A stretch of DNA of 64,000 nt. Source: an uncultured Candidatus Saccharibacteria bacterium. Lineage in GTDB: Bacteria > Patescibacteriota > Saccharimonadia > CAILAD01 > GCA-016700035. Position 1 is the stretch's first letter; each line of letters starts with the position of its first letter. The notes under the pieces are model-generated. The model was given only the letters and a program-made list of their open reading frames with translations. It had not been told where the DNA came from and ran no database searches. Positions 28,872 through 37,826 of this stretch are shown here, piece after piece. The position numbers and the translations under genes are program-made. The stretch covers positions 17,754-81,753 of the forward strand of contig CAZOVH010000001.1 in NCBI GenBank assembly GCA_964583675.1, in the 5' to 3' direction.

Positions 28872-29381
28872 TTAGCGGAACGTCGACCACCAGGGCGGCG
28901 GCAAGCTTCTCCTGAGATTCACAACGATCGCTTCCATCTGGTAGGGAAGCAACTTCTGGTGCTCATCGCGCTGATGATGATGCCCGAAGTGTTCGTCGGT
29001 CATCACTACATCCCCTACGATTGTTCTCTCAGCGTAACGAGGCCGGACATGCCAGTGGACATGCGGCTGGGGATCAGGTAGCTGATACGCGTTGTTCATC
29101 AGGGCTGCCCAGGTCACGTGAGTCGCGCCGAGTTCGCGCTTGGCTGAGTTCTCCAGATACCTCATGACTTCATGGAGATCCAACCACTCCTCCTGTGACA
29201 GCGCCGAAAGTTCAGGTACATGCCTCAACGTAGTCACATAGCAGCGACCAACATAGAACTGGTCCGGTGCTAATGTGATGCGCCAGTACCCGGACTGAGC
29301 GACTACATAATCATGCTCAGGAGTATTGCTAAGCAGTTGACAGATGGCGCATCCTGCCATGGGCATTGAATCAAAATCCAA
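28872..29381 (-). CDS. HIT family nucleotide hydrolase
   Basis: CxxC near the N-terminus, PHVHWHVRPRY histidine triad; TTG start with AAGGAG SD. Confidence 0.88.
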   Translation of the reverse strand: MDFDSMPMAGCAICQLLSNTPEHDYVVAQSGYWRITLAPDQFYVGRCYVTTLRHVPELSALSQEEWLDLHEVMRYLENSAKRELGATHVTWAALMNNAYQLPDPQPHVHWHVRPRYAERTIVGDVVMTDEHFGHHHQRDEHQKLLPYQMEAIVVNLRRSLPPPWWSTFR

Positions 29382-29444
29382 GGTTCTCTCCTTTGGCTAG
29401 AAGAAACTGGATATTTTACAATAAAACTAGAATTTTTTCAATAC

Positions 29445-30005
29445 TTATTTAACGCGCTCTAAGTATGCGCCGTTGCGGGTATCAACTTTTACCATATCAC
29501 CGGCCTTAATAAACAGTGGGGCTTGTACTTCAATGCCAGTTTCGAGCTTCACGGCTTTAGTAGCGCCAGCAGCTGAGTTCCCTTTGTCGGAGCCAGGAGC
29601 CTCCACAACCTTCAGCGGGACATTCTTTGGCCACTCAAACCCAATTACCTGCCCGTGAAAGAGATAGCCCTCAATCTCTCCACCTTCCAAAATATACTTA
29701 GGCAGATCTTCATCAACGCTTTTTGCTACCTCATAGGTTTCGTAACTTTCAAGATCCATGAGGCTATGGATATCGCCCTGTGTATAGAGATATTGCAGCT
29801 TTTGACGCTGTACATCAGCAGGCTTCACCCGTTCATCGTTGCGGAACGTACGGTCAATCACACCACCGGTAATGAGGTTTTTGAGTTTTGTGTTCACAAT
29901 TGAACCACCCCGCCCCATCTGCTTTTGCGCATAATCAACAACCTTATACGGCGCACCTTCTATCTCGACAAGTGTTTCTTTTCTTAAGTCTGTTGGTCCG
30001 TACAT
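29445..30005 (-). CDS. efp: Elongation factor P
   Basis: KLKNL.TG, K...LETG..VQ.PLFI..GD..KVDTR.G.Y.ER; loop tip MGRGG. Confidence 0.95.
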   Translation of the reverse strand: MYGPTDLRKETLVEIEGAPYKVVDYAQKQMGRGGSIVNTKLKNLITGGVIDRTFRNDERVKPADVQRQKLQYLYTQGDIHSLMDLESYETYEVAKSVDEDLPKYILEGGEIEGYLFHGQVIGFEWPKNVPLKVVEAPGSDKGNSAAGATKAVKLETGIEVQAPLFIKAGDMVKVDTRNGAYLERVK

Positions 30006-30051
30006 ATTCTTTTGTCCTCTTTTTCCTTCTAGATGTTACATTGCTCTAGAA

Positions 30052-30171
30052 GGCACGTTTCGCTCGGATGAGCCGCCAGAAGCAACTGAGGAGCACAGCG
30101 AAATGTACTAAAACGTACATAGGGTGCGCACCGCAAGTTTGCGACGTAGCGGCTCGCCGAGATAACGTGCC
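30052..30171. repeat. 120-nt rod-like imperfect palindrome (MITE/ERIC-like element or structured RNA)
   Basis: Nested complementary pairs GGCACGTT/AACGTGCC, CTCGG/CCGAG, GAGCCGC/GCGGCTC, GCAC/GTGC and ATGTAC/GTACAT. Confidence 0.7.
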
Positions 30172-30176
30172 GTAAG

Positions 30177-30389
30177 TTACTTAACTACGAATGGTAAGAG
30201 CGCCATATGTCGCGCACGCTTCAAAGCCTTTGCGAGCATACGCTGGTGCTTCATCGAAGCACCGGTGCGCTTACGGTTTTCAATCTTTCCTACACTAGAA
30301 ACGTAGCGCTGCAAAAACTTTACGTCTTTGTAGTCAATAACTGCTACTTGTTCTGCGTAAAAACGATTTTGTTTACGAAATTCTGCCAT
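30177..30389 (-). CDS. rpsR: 30S ribosomal protein S18
   Basis: IDYKDV..L..Y.S..GKI..R..TG....QR.LA.A.KRAR..ALLPF. Confidence 0.97.
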   Translation of the reverse strand: MAEFRKQNRFYAEQVAVIDYKDVKFLQRYVSSVGKIENRKRTGASMKHQRMLAKALKRARHMALLPFVVK

Positions 30390-30398
30390 GTTTTCTCC

Positions 30399-30839
30399 TT
30401 AAAATGGGATGTCATCAAGATTAATGTCGTCACCAGGCATCTCCTGAATTTCAGGGTCATCAGATTTTTTTGCTGAAGATGCTGCTGGGGCTCCACCCTC
30501 TCCCGGGCCAGCACTGAGGAAGTTAATGTCAGTCGCAACAATTTCTGTGCGCTGCTTCTTTACTCCATCAGCTTCCCAAGAGCGTGTTTGCAAGCGGCCA
30601 ACCACCAAAACCTTACGGCCTTTTGAGAGGTAGTTAGAAACCAGCTCGCCCAACTTACCCCAAGCAACAACATCATGAAACTCAACGGCGTCTTTTTTGT
30701 CTCCACTCTGTGGATCCTGCCAACTACGATTCGTTGCAACTGCAAAGCTCGCTACCGACTGACCCGATGGAGTCTGTCGAAGTTCTGGGTCACGCGTGAG
30801 GTTGCCCATGATAATCGCTTGGTTAAAATCTTTTGCCAT
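30399..30839 (-). CDS. ssb: Single-stranded DNA-binding protein
   Basis: GNLTRDPELR, GRLQTRSW and C-terminal DDIPF. Confidence 0.97.
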   Translation of the reverse strand: MAKDFNQAIIMGNLTRDPELRQTPSGQSVASFAVATNRSWQDPQSGDKKDAVEFHDVVAWGKLGELVSNYLSKGRKVLVVGRLQTRSWEADGVKKQRTEIVATDINFLSAGPGEGGAPAASSAKKSDDPEIQEMPGDDINLDDIPF

Positions 30840-30862
30840 CCCTATCTCCTTAACGCTTAAAT

Positions 30863-31219
30863 TTATTCAGTCTCTGGTTTTTCTACTGGCTTTTTGGTGC
30901 TATTTTTTGCGCCCTTATTTACTGGACGAACGTCTTCAAGAGACACCACGATATAACGAATTACTTCTGAAGTAATGCGCAAAGTGCTATCTAGCTCCTG
31001 AACTTTAGCAGGATCAAGAGTAACCTGGAAAAATACGTAGATTCCCCAGTCCTGTTTTTTAATGCGGTAAGCGAGCTTGCGCTTGCCCCAGTTATCTTTA
31101 TTATCAATTTTTCCGCCAAGGCCGGTAATAATTCCTTCAACCTTACTGACGGCTCGATCGAGATCAATCTCGAGATCGGGGTGTAGAATAACACCTACTT
31201 CGTATTGTCGCATAGACAT
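30863..31219 (-). CDS. rpsF: 30S ribosomal protein S6
   Basis: MRQYE, WGKRKLAYRIKK; rpsF-ssb-rpsR synteny. Confidence 0.96.
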   Translation of the reverse strand: MSMRQYEVGVILHPDLEIDLDRAVSKVEGIITGLGGKIDNKDNWGKRKLAYRIKKQDWGIYVFFQVTLDPAKVQELDSTLRITSEVIRYIVVSLEDVRPVNKGAKNSTKKPVEKPETE

Positions 31220-31220
31220 C

Positions 31221-31298
31221 CTTTCTTTGGTTCACCCGAACTTGCGGGGTTCGCTGACGTTGGAGGCGCATACGCGGCCTTGTGCGTCAACAAAAAGG
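31221..31298 (-). promoter_or_regulatory. Structured 5' leader of the rpsF-ssb-rpsR operon (candidate S6:S18 autoregulatory leader)
   Basis: Minus-strand CCTTTTTG can pair with the SD-containing CAAAGAAAGG; internal stems TTGACG/CGTCAG and CGAAC/GTTCG. Confidence 0.45.
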
Positions 31299-31371
31299 TT
31301 ATTTGTTGTAAACACCGTAATTCTACCGAAAATACCAGAATAAATCAAGGGTTAGGCGTATAATGCAAGTG

Positions 31372-31911
31372 ATGAAAAAACAATCACTCGGCCAGCAAAT
31401 TCTTCTCTCCCAACTAAAGGGCATGATCATCTTTGACCGACAAGACTTACGTCCCTTAGGCTTAATCGAAAGTGTGGTGTTTAGAAGTAAAAATCTCCAA
31501 GTAGCCTTTCTGCAATGCTTGTCGGGCGGTAGCACAAATTACGTACGCGCAGATCAGACGGCGGTGGTAAAAAATCTCCTCACAATACCAGGCGCTGAAT
31601 GCTTTGGAGAAAAAGAAGACTTTATACGCGAAAAAGCTACATTTGTGCAAAACTGCCGCCTACTCGACTACAAAGTACACGATACAGGCGGCAAAAAACT
31701 TGGCAATATCGAGGATTGCAGCATCAAGCTCCCCCTTATGATTGCAGACCGACTATATATAAGACGCCCTCTATTAAAAAGCTTTCATCAAGGTTCGTTG
31801 ATTCTCCCGACTTCCGCGATACAAGACGTCCATCCAGATAAAAAGCTACTGATTGTGCAATCTGAGGTAGGTGCCTCCAGAAAGGCTGCCATTAAACCTC
31901 TCACAGCATAG
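31372..31911 (+). CDS. Tandem PRC-barrel domain protein
   Basis: Two PRC-like repeats (L.G..I.D....LG.I.....; LLDYKV.D.GGKKLG.IED). Start moved to 31372 because the track's ATG at 31363 overlaps the TATAAT box. Confidence 0.75.
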   Translation: MKKQSLGQQILLSQLKGMIIFDRQDLRPLGLIESVVFRSKNLQVAFLQCLSGGSTNYVRADQTAVVKNLLTIPGAECFGEKEDFIREKATFVQNCRLLDYKVHDTGGKKLGNIEDCSIKLPLMIADRLYIRRPLLKSFHQGSLILPTSAIQDVHPDKKLLIVQSEVGASRKAAIKPLTA

Positions 31912-31993
31912 CAACTAGCATGTTCGGTAAATTTTTGCTTGCGCTCATCCTATCAGAAGACTAGCATAAGAAGTACTAAAGAGGGTTAAGATT

Positions 31994-32065
31994 TTGCTCA
32001 TCGTTGCTGGCCTTTGGGTACTCGCTATCGCAATTTGCATTCGTGCTGTTCTCGTTTCTCGATAA
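31994..32065 (+). CDS. Unannotated 23-aa hydrophobic peptide MLIVAGLWVLAIAICIRAVLVSR
   Basis: TTG start, GAGGG SD-like sequence, upstream TTGCGC-N17-TAGCAT promoter; the peptide is a single TM helix. Confidence 0.45.
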   Translation: MLIVAGLWVLAIAICIRAVLVSR

Positions 32066-32088
32066 ATCCTTGACGATATTTGTGAGTT

Positions 32089-32682
32089 CTAAGACGAATA
32101 TTCACTATCTAAGTGGGTCTTTACCTGTGAATAAGTGAATCCTCTACCTACCAAATAACGCATCATGTGTTCGCGATCGTATGTTCGATGGCGATTTTTC
32201 TTTCCAATGAGCTCCTGTATTGTAGAATCCACTCCCTCATCGCTCACTACTTCACGAATAGTATCTTTTGTAATACCTTTTCTTAAGAGCTCTCCTTCAA
32301 TCGCACGTGGAGACTTAAGCATGTCTCGACGCATATCAGCCCAACGCCTGGCAAAATCTTCGTCATTCAAGTATCCCTCTTCGGTAAGCCGAAGCACAAT
32401 ATCATCTATCGAGGCATCAAAGCCCTTTCGTCTTAAATAGTCGCGCATTTCTCTGGTGGAACGAATACGTAAAGCGAGATATCGTATTGCCGCATTATAT
32501 GCCTTGCTGGCTTCGGCCTCCGTGCGCAGCTGCTGCAACTGCTCAACACTAAGTTCCTGTCCTTTACGTAGCCGCCATGAAGCCACCTGGTTGAGACTTA
32601 AGCCGCACCAGAATTCTTCATCCACATACAGATTTATGAATTCACCTTTTTTCTGGCTTGCAAGCTTGGTTACGATTGGCAC
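32089..32682 (-). CDS. recX: Regulatory protein RecX
   Basis: YLA.R.RS..E.R.YL.RKG, GYLNDEDFA and L.GRGF motifs; directly after recA. Confidence 0.92.
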   Translation of the reverse strand: MPIVTKLASQKKGEFINLYVDEEFWCGLSLNQVASWRLRKGQELSVEQLQQLRTEAEASKAYNAAIRYLALRIRSTREMRDYLRRKGFDASIDDIVLRLTEEGYLNDEDFARRWADMRRDMLKSPRAIEGELLRKGITKDTIREVVSDEGVDSTIQELIGKKNRHRTYDREHMMRYLVGRGFTYSQVKTHLDSEYSS

Positions 32683-32711
32683 CGCTCAACCTCCATTTTG
32701 AGAGCTAGAGG

Positions 32712-33797
32712 TTATTTCTCCTCTTCTTGCTTAGCTTCCTGACCGCCGCCAGCTGCTCGCTCACGAATTTTTGCATCGAGCTCGTCCATTACTTCTGGGT
32801 GAGCTTTCAAAAACTGCTTAGCAGCTTCTCGGCCCTGACCAATTTTATCTTCCTTGTATGAGAACCATGCCCCAGCCTTCTTAACAAGCTCATATTTCAC
32901 AGCCAAATCTATCAGATCCCCCGGTCGCGAGATACCCTCATTAAACATAATGTCGAACTCCGCGATTTTGAATGGTGCCGCAATTTTATTCTTCACCACT
33001 TTTACCTTCACGTGATTACCTACGCTCTGATCACCTTCCTTAAGCTGCTCGGTACGACGGATATCTAGACGTACAGATGAGTAATATTTCAATGCATTAC
33101 CGCCAGCAGTAACTTCTGGGTTGCCAAACATCACACCAATCTTCATGCGCAGCTGGTTAATAAAGATAACCGAACACTTTGTTTTACTGACAATTCCTGT
33201 AAGTTTTCGCAACGCCTGGCTCATAAGACGGGCTTGCAGGCCCATGTGCGCATCACCCATCTCGCCCTCAATTTCTGCACGTGGCACCAGGGCTGCCACA
33301 GAGTCCACAATTACCGTATCCACAGCTCCCGAGCGGACTAGTGTCTCAGTGATTTCGAGTGCCTGCTCACCCGTATCTGGCTGCGAAATTAAAAGATCAT
33401 TAAGATTCACGCCAATCTTAGCTGCATACTCAGGGTCCAAGGCGTGCTCAGCATCAACAAACGCAGCAAGTCCACCTCGCTTTTGTACTTCGGCCACTGC
33501 ATGCAGTGCCAAAGTTGTCTTACCGCTCGACTCCGGACCATAAATTTCTATAATGCGCCCCTTAGGAAAGCCCCCACCTAAAGCCAAATCTAACGCTAAG
33601 CTGCCGGTTGGGATGGTCTCAACATGAGCCTTCATCCCCTCACCTAATTTCATAATTGAACCGGCACCAAACTGTCGCTCGATTTGCTCTACCGCCAATT
33701 CAACTGCCTTCAAACGAGCACTCCGCTCCGACGCCGACTGTTTTGATGAATCCTTCACTGCTACTCCTTTATCTGACTTCGTTGTTGTGGCTGGCAT
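32712..33797 (-). CDS. recA: Recombinase RecA
   Basis: [33 protein letters not shown] and KNKIAAPF motifs. Confidence 0.98.
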   Translation of the reverse strand: MPATTTKSDKGVAVKDSSKQSASERSARLKAVELAVEQIERQFGAGSIMKLGEGMKAHVETIPTGSLALDLALGGGFPKGRIIEIYGPESSGKTTLALHAVAEVQKRGGLAAFVDAEHALDPEYAAKIGVNLNDLLISQPDTGEQALEITETLVRSGAVDTVIVDSVAALVPRAEIEGEMGDAHMGLQARLMSQALRKLTGIVSKTKCSVIFINQLRMKIGVMFGNPEVTAGGNALKYYSSVRLDIRRTEQLKEGDQSVGNHVKVKVVKNKIAAPFKIAEFDIMFNEGISRPGDLIDLAVKYELVKKAGAWFSYKEDKIGQGREAAKQFLKAHPEVMDELDAKIRERAAGGGQEAKQEEEK

Positions 33798-33838
33798 TAC
33801 AGCTCTCCTCCTATCTTATATACTCGTGTTCTGCAATC

Positions 33839-33868
33839 ATAGTACCGAACATAATACGTACAGGTCAA
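33839..33868 (-). promoter_or_regulatory. recA promoter with candidate LexA box (GTAC-N7-GTTC) in the spacer
   Basis: Minus strand reads TTGACC-T-GTACGTATTATGTTC-GG-TACTAT. Confidence 0.45.
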
Positions 33869-33904
33869 GAGGTTTTTGTAATTCTTTTCGGTTTTTCTTC
33901 TTAC

Positions 33905-34402
33905 CTATCTGAAATTTTCAAAGCTCACAGCAAATGGCAACTCTTCGCCGCGCAACGTTTGCATAACTGCCTGCAGTTCGTCCCGGCTAGCACTTACCAC
34001 TCGAATTGCGTCCCCCTGAATCGAACTCTTCACCTTAGGATGCTTCTCGCGAATAATCTTCGAAACCTGTTTAGCTTTTTCCTGATCAAGCCCCTGCTTT
34101 AGTGTAAGCGTCCATTTATAATCCATACCGCTCTGGGTGATTTCCTGACTACTATCAAGAAATTTAAGATCCACCGACCGGCGAACAAATTTTGACTCAA
34201 TCACGTCTTTCATGGCCTTAAGTTTAAGCTCCGAATTTGACTTCAGTCGCAGCTCTGACTTATCTCGGTCAAACTCTATCTCGGAGCCCGTACCCTGAAA
34301 ATCATAGCGAGTAGAAAGCTCTCGTTTCACCTGATCAACAATATTAATCATATCAGCCACATCATATTTACTTACCACATCCAGTGATGCATCTTTTGCC
34401 AT
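33905..34402 (-). CDS. yajQ: YajQ family nucleotide/c-di-GMP-binding protein
   Basis: S.DVVS, RYDF, KV..SIQGD.IRV....RDELQ and terminal NFR motifs. Confidence 0.93.
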   Translation of the reverse strand: MAKDASLDVVSKYDVADMINIVDQVKRELSTRYDFQGTGSEIEFDRDKSELRLKSNSELKLKAMKDVIESKFVRRSVDLKFLDSSQEITQSGMDYKWTLTLKQGLDQEKAKQVSKIIREKHPKVKSSIQGDAIRVVSASRDELQAVMQTLRGEELPFAVSFENFR

Positions 34403-34411
34403 AGTCTCCTC

Positions 34412-35437
34412 CTACTTTGTGTCGCGACGTAATTCTATACCGCGTTTTACTTCGCCAGGCGCACCCAGCAAACCCAAGTCCTTATTCTGCACCACTGCGT
34501 TGGTGAGCACAACCCGTGTGACCCCAGCATTACCCGTAGCAAGTGTCAGCACGTCCGCCGCCGAAAAAGTTTGCGAGGTACCAGCAAGCATTGTGCCCCG
34601 AAAAATCTCCTTACCATCCGCCTCCACGACAAGCCACGTAGCTGCATCTGTCATAGTAACAGCTGCCTGCACCGTGCCAGCCTCAGCCGTTGGCGAAGGA
34701 CTAAGTGCCGGTGCAGCGGCAGGTGTCGGTGTTGGCGTCGCTTCTTGCAGGGTTGCGGTAATAATATAAGTTTCAGTCACACTCTTACCTAAGCGATTCG
34801 TGGCAGTCAGCTTTATTTCATTCCGACCGTCTGTTAAAGCAATACGCTCTCGAAATGTTCCATCTGCCGCCACAAGCACCGGCGAGTCATTAATCGTAAG
34901 ATCCGCTCCACCTTCAACTTTGCCCGAGACATAGCCAAAATTCGTCGACACACTTCGAGCCTCATCTTGTGAAACCGCTAGCTTCGGAGGAGCTGAAAGT
35001 ACAATTACCTGCCACACAATGTAGCCAACCACCAACGCTACTACAGCTGCAACAGACAAAAGCGCAAACGTTTTTGGCGTCACCACCATGCGGGTCGATT
35101 TAATCGGTTTCACACCAAGCTGCACATCACGACCGCGCTGGCTTTGACGCTTCATTTCTCGAGCACCGGCACGCTCTTGTTCGTACAACTTAATAATCGG
35201 CTTGGTTTCAAGCCCTAAGAAATCAGCGTAATTTTTTACATAGCCCTTTGTGTAGACATCGTCTTTTAGGACATCATATTCGCTTGCTTCTAGAGCCTCG
35301 ATATACCGTGCACGAATACGTGTCGCCTGCTCAGCCTCAGAGATGGATATGTCTAAGCTTTCGCGGCGGCGCTTCAGGATTGAAGCGAGGGTTTGCACTT
35401 TAGACTTAGTGGTTTTGGGGCGAGCTTGTTCATTCAT
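34412..35437 (-). CDS. RodZ-like membrane protein (HTH + TM + Ig-like + DUF4115-like domain)
   Basis: TRIRARYIEALE...Y......YTKGYVKNYADFLGL; TM helix; C-terminal WL.V.ADG and GNAG; follows ftsK. Confidence 0.85.
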   Translation of the reverse strand: MNEQARPKTTKSKVQTLASILKRRRESLDISISEAEQATRIRARYIEALEASEYDVLKDDVYTKGYVKNYADFLGLETKPIIKLYEQERAGAREMKRQSQRGRDVQLGVKPIKSTRMVVTPKTFALLSVAAVVALVVGYIVWQVIVLSAPPKLAVSQDEARSVSTNFGYVSGKVEGGADLTINDSPVLVAADGTFRERIALTDGRNEIKLTATNRLGKSVTETYIITATLQEATPTPTPAAAPALSPSPTAEAGTVQAAVTMTDAATWLVVEADGKEIFRGTMLAGTSQTFSAADVLTLATGNAGVTRVVLTNAVVQNKDLGLLGAPGEVKRGIELRRDTK

Positions 35438-37601
35438 CCGCGCTCACGTTCTCCCCTGAGTTTTCCTGAAAACCACTGTCAGCAGCTGGGCCGGTATCAA
35501 TAGACGACATCAATACAGCGCGCGGCTTCGCACCATCTGCCGGACCAATTACGCCATTCTCTTCAAGCATATCCATTAACCGAGCAGCACGTGAGTAGCC
35601 AACCTTAAAACGTCGCTGTAAGAGCGAAGCTGATGCCTTGCCGCTCTGCACGACAAAAGCCACAACCTCATCGTATAGATCATCATCACCAGATCCACCG
35701 TCACCAGAGGTCATCACACCACGGGCACCAATTTTAACCGCTTGTGCCAGTACTTCCTCGTTATATTGTGGCGCACGTTCATCACGCAAGAATTGCATTA
35801 CTGCCGATACTTCCTCACCCGTAATAAGCACACCTTGGGCGCGTTTTGGCTTCATAAATTCTGGTGAAGAAAAGAGCATATCGCCTTTTCCAAGGAGCTT
35901 TTCGGCACCACTCTGATCTAAAATGGTACGACTATCAATCTGGCTAGCCGTTGTAAGCGCCACACGAGCTGGTAAGTTAGCCTTAATAAGACCAGTCACC
36001 ACTCCAACACTCGGACGCTGCGTAGCAAGTACAAGGTGAATGCCAACCGCACGCGCCATCTGAGCAATTCGTACAATCAAGGTCTCAACATCCTTGCCGG
36101 CCACCACCATGAGGTCGGCGAACTCATCCAAGACGATTACGATGTATGGCATACCATCGACGCCTTTTTGCTGGTTATACTCACCAATATCGCGCTTACC
36201 ATGGTCGGCCAGCAAATTAAGCCGGCGCTCCATCTCGGCAACTGCCCACTTCATGGCACTAATTGCCTTCTCATGATCAGTAATCACCGGCGTTAAGAGA
36301 TGCGGAATATCATTATATGGAGTAAGTTCCACGCGCTTTGGGTCTACCAATATGAGTCGCAACTGAGCTGGTGAATTACGGTATAAGAAAGAAGTCAGCA
36401 TGGTGTTAATCATCACCGACTTACCGGCTTTGGTGGCTCCCGCTACCAAAAGGTGTGGCATGCTCGCCAAATCTCCAGTTAAAATGTCGCCAGCCACATC
36501 GCGCCCCAGTACAAATTCCAAGCGGCTCGGCTTGGTTTGCATTTCCTTGCTTTCCAGAATATCGCGCAAGCGAACTTGAGCGCTCTTCTCGTTTGGCACT
36601 TCAATACCTACAAGATCTGTTCCCGCAATTGGTGCTTCAATACGAATATGCGGAGCTTTCAGGGCCAAAGCTAAGTTTCGGTCTAAGGCCGTAATTTTAT
36701 TGAGCTTCACTCCGGTTGATGGCTTTAATGTGTATTGTGCTACGGTTGGGCCAACATTAACCCCAACCATTGCTACTTCGATACCAAAATCCTGGAAAGT
36801 TTTCTGGATAATATTGGCTTTCTCTTTTTCATTACCAGCATCGGCTTTTGTGGACATCCCCTTTAAGAGATCGAGCGGTGGATATTTCCAATCCTTATCA
36901 AGGGTGGCAGTCATGGCGGCCTTCGGACCAGGCTTAGCCTTAGGCTCTTCTTCACCAACCGTGCCGCGGAAAGGCAGCTTATTATTCACCGCAAAACCTG
37001 GCTGCTTAACCTCCAACTTATTCTCGTCTGCTTTCTTCTCGCGACCAAAAAGCTTGCGGGCCAAGTCGGCAAGACGCACACCAGTAGCAATTACAATCAC
37101 AACCAATTCGACAAGCACCAAGAGGAAGATGGCCAACGGGGTTGTCAAAAGTGGATGCAAGATCATCCACAGAGCGTAGCCGATAAAACCACCCTGATTT
37201 GGCAGCTCACTTAAGGTGGTGCCCTCACCTGCTAAAGAAAACTGCAAAATACCAGCCAGTACAATAAAGAAAGCAATTAGGCCGAAGTAATTCTGCCCTT
37301 TGAGCTCAAACCGTTTGGGTAAAAAGAGCAAAATAGCCAAGCCAAAAAACGCTGCAGGAACTAAGTATGCAGCTTGTCCGATAAGGCTCTTTACAGCTTG
37401 CATAAATGACGTGCCGAGCGAACCGGCGCCACCAAAAAACGCCACAATAAGCAGTACGCCCAACCCTATTAAAACGATTGCGGCAATATCTTGTTTTGCA
37501 GCCTTAGATAGAAGTGGCTTCTTTTCAACAACTTCTTGTTTTTTGCGAGTATTTGGTCGGGCTGACTTTTTACGTCCGCCTTTTTTTGAACCGGTTGCCA
37601 T
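35430..37601 (-). CDS. ftsK: DNA translocase FtsK/SpoIIIE
   Basis: N-terminal 4TM, PHLLVAGAT.AGKSV, DPKRVEL, LATQRPSV, GAEKLLG.GDML and gamma domain (S.LQRR..VGYSRAARL). Confidence 0.96.
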   Translation of the reverse strand: MATGSKKGGRKKSARPNTRKKQEVVEKKPLLSKAAKQDIAAIVLIGLGVLLIVAFFGGAGSLGTSFMQAVKSLIGQAAYLVPAAFFGLAILLFLPKRFELKGQNYFGLIAFFIVLAGILQFSLAGEGTTLSELPNQGGFIGYALWMILHPLLTTPLAIFLLVLVELVVIVIATGVRLADLARKLFGREKKADENKLEVKQPGFAVNNKLPFRGTVGEEEPKAKPGPKAAMTATLDKDWKYPPLDLLKGMSTKADAGNEKEKANIIQKTFQDFGIEVAMVGVNVGPTVAQYTLKPSTGVKLNKITALDRNLALALKAPHIRIEAPIAGTDLVGIEVPNEKSAQVRLRDILESKEMQTKPSRLEFVLGRDVAGDILTGDLASMPHLLVAGATKAGKSVMINTMLTSFLYRNSPAQLRLILVDPKRVELTPYNDIPHLLTPVITDHEKAISAMKWAVAEMERRLNLLADHGKRDIGEYNQQKGVDGMPYIVIVLDEFADLMVVAGKDVETLIVRIAQMARAVGIHLVLATQRPSVGVVTGLIKANLPARVALTTASQIDSRTILDQSGAEKLLGKGDMLFSSPEFMKPKRAQGVLITGEEVSAVMQFLRDERAPQYNEEVLAQAVKIGARGVMTSGDGGSGDDDLYDEVVAFVVQSGKASASLLQRRFKVGYSRAARLMDMLEENGVIGPADGAKPRAVLMSSIDTGPAADSGFQENSGENVSADE

Positions 37602-37826
37602 ATCTTTTTATTATGCCTCGCTTTAGCACTAAACGCCAGATAGTTTATAGAGAAAAACACGAGAGTTCTCTAGCGCATTTCTCACCCTCTCGTCTGCATC
37701 TATTATAGCATAGTCGGACAATAAAATAAAGAGTTGTCAAATATAGCCCTAAAGATACTTATGCTTGGAGAATCAGCTCCCTATGCCGTACAGTAAAACT
37801 GCAAACGTACCTCGACGAGAAGAAAG

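Noticed and set aside
33843-33870. dif-like site (TTATGTT resembling the XerD arm)
   Set aside because: Only one partial arm matches; the sequence is better explained as the recA promoter/operator.
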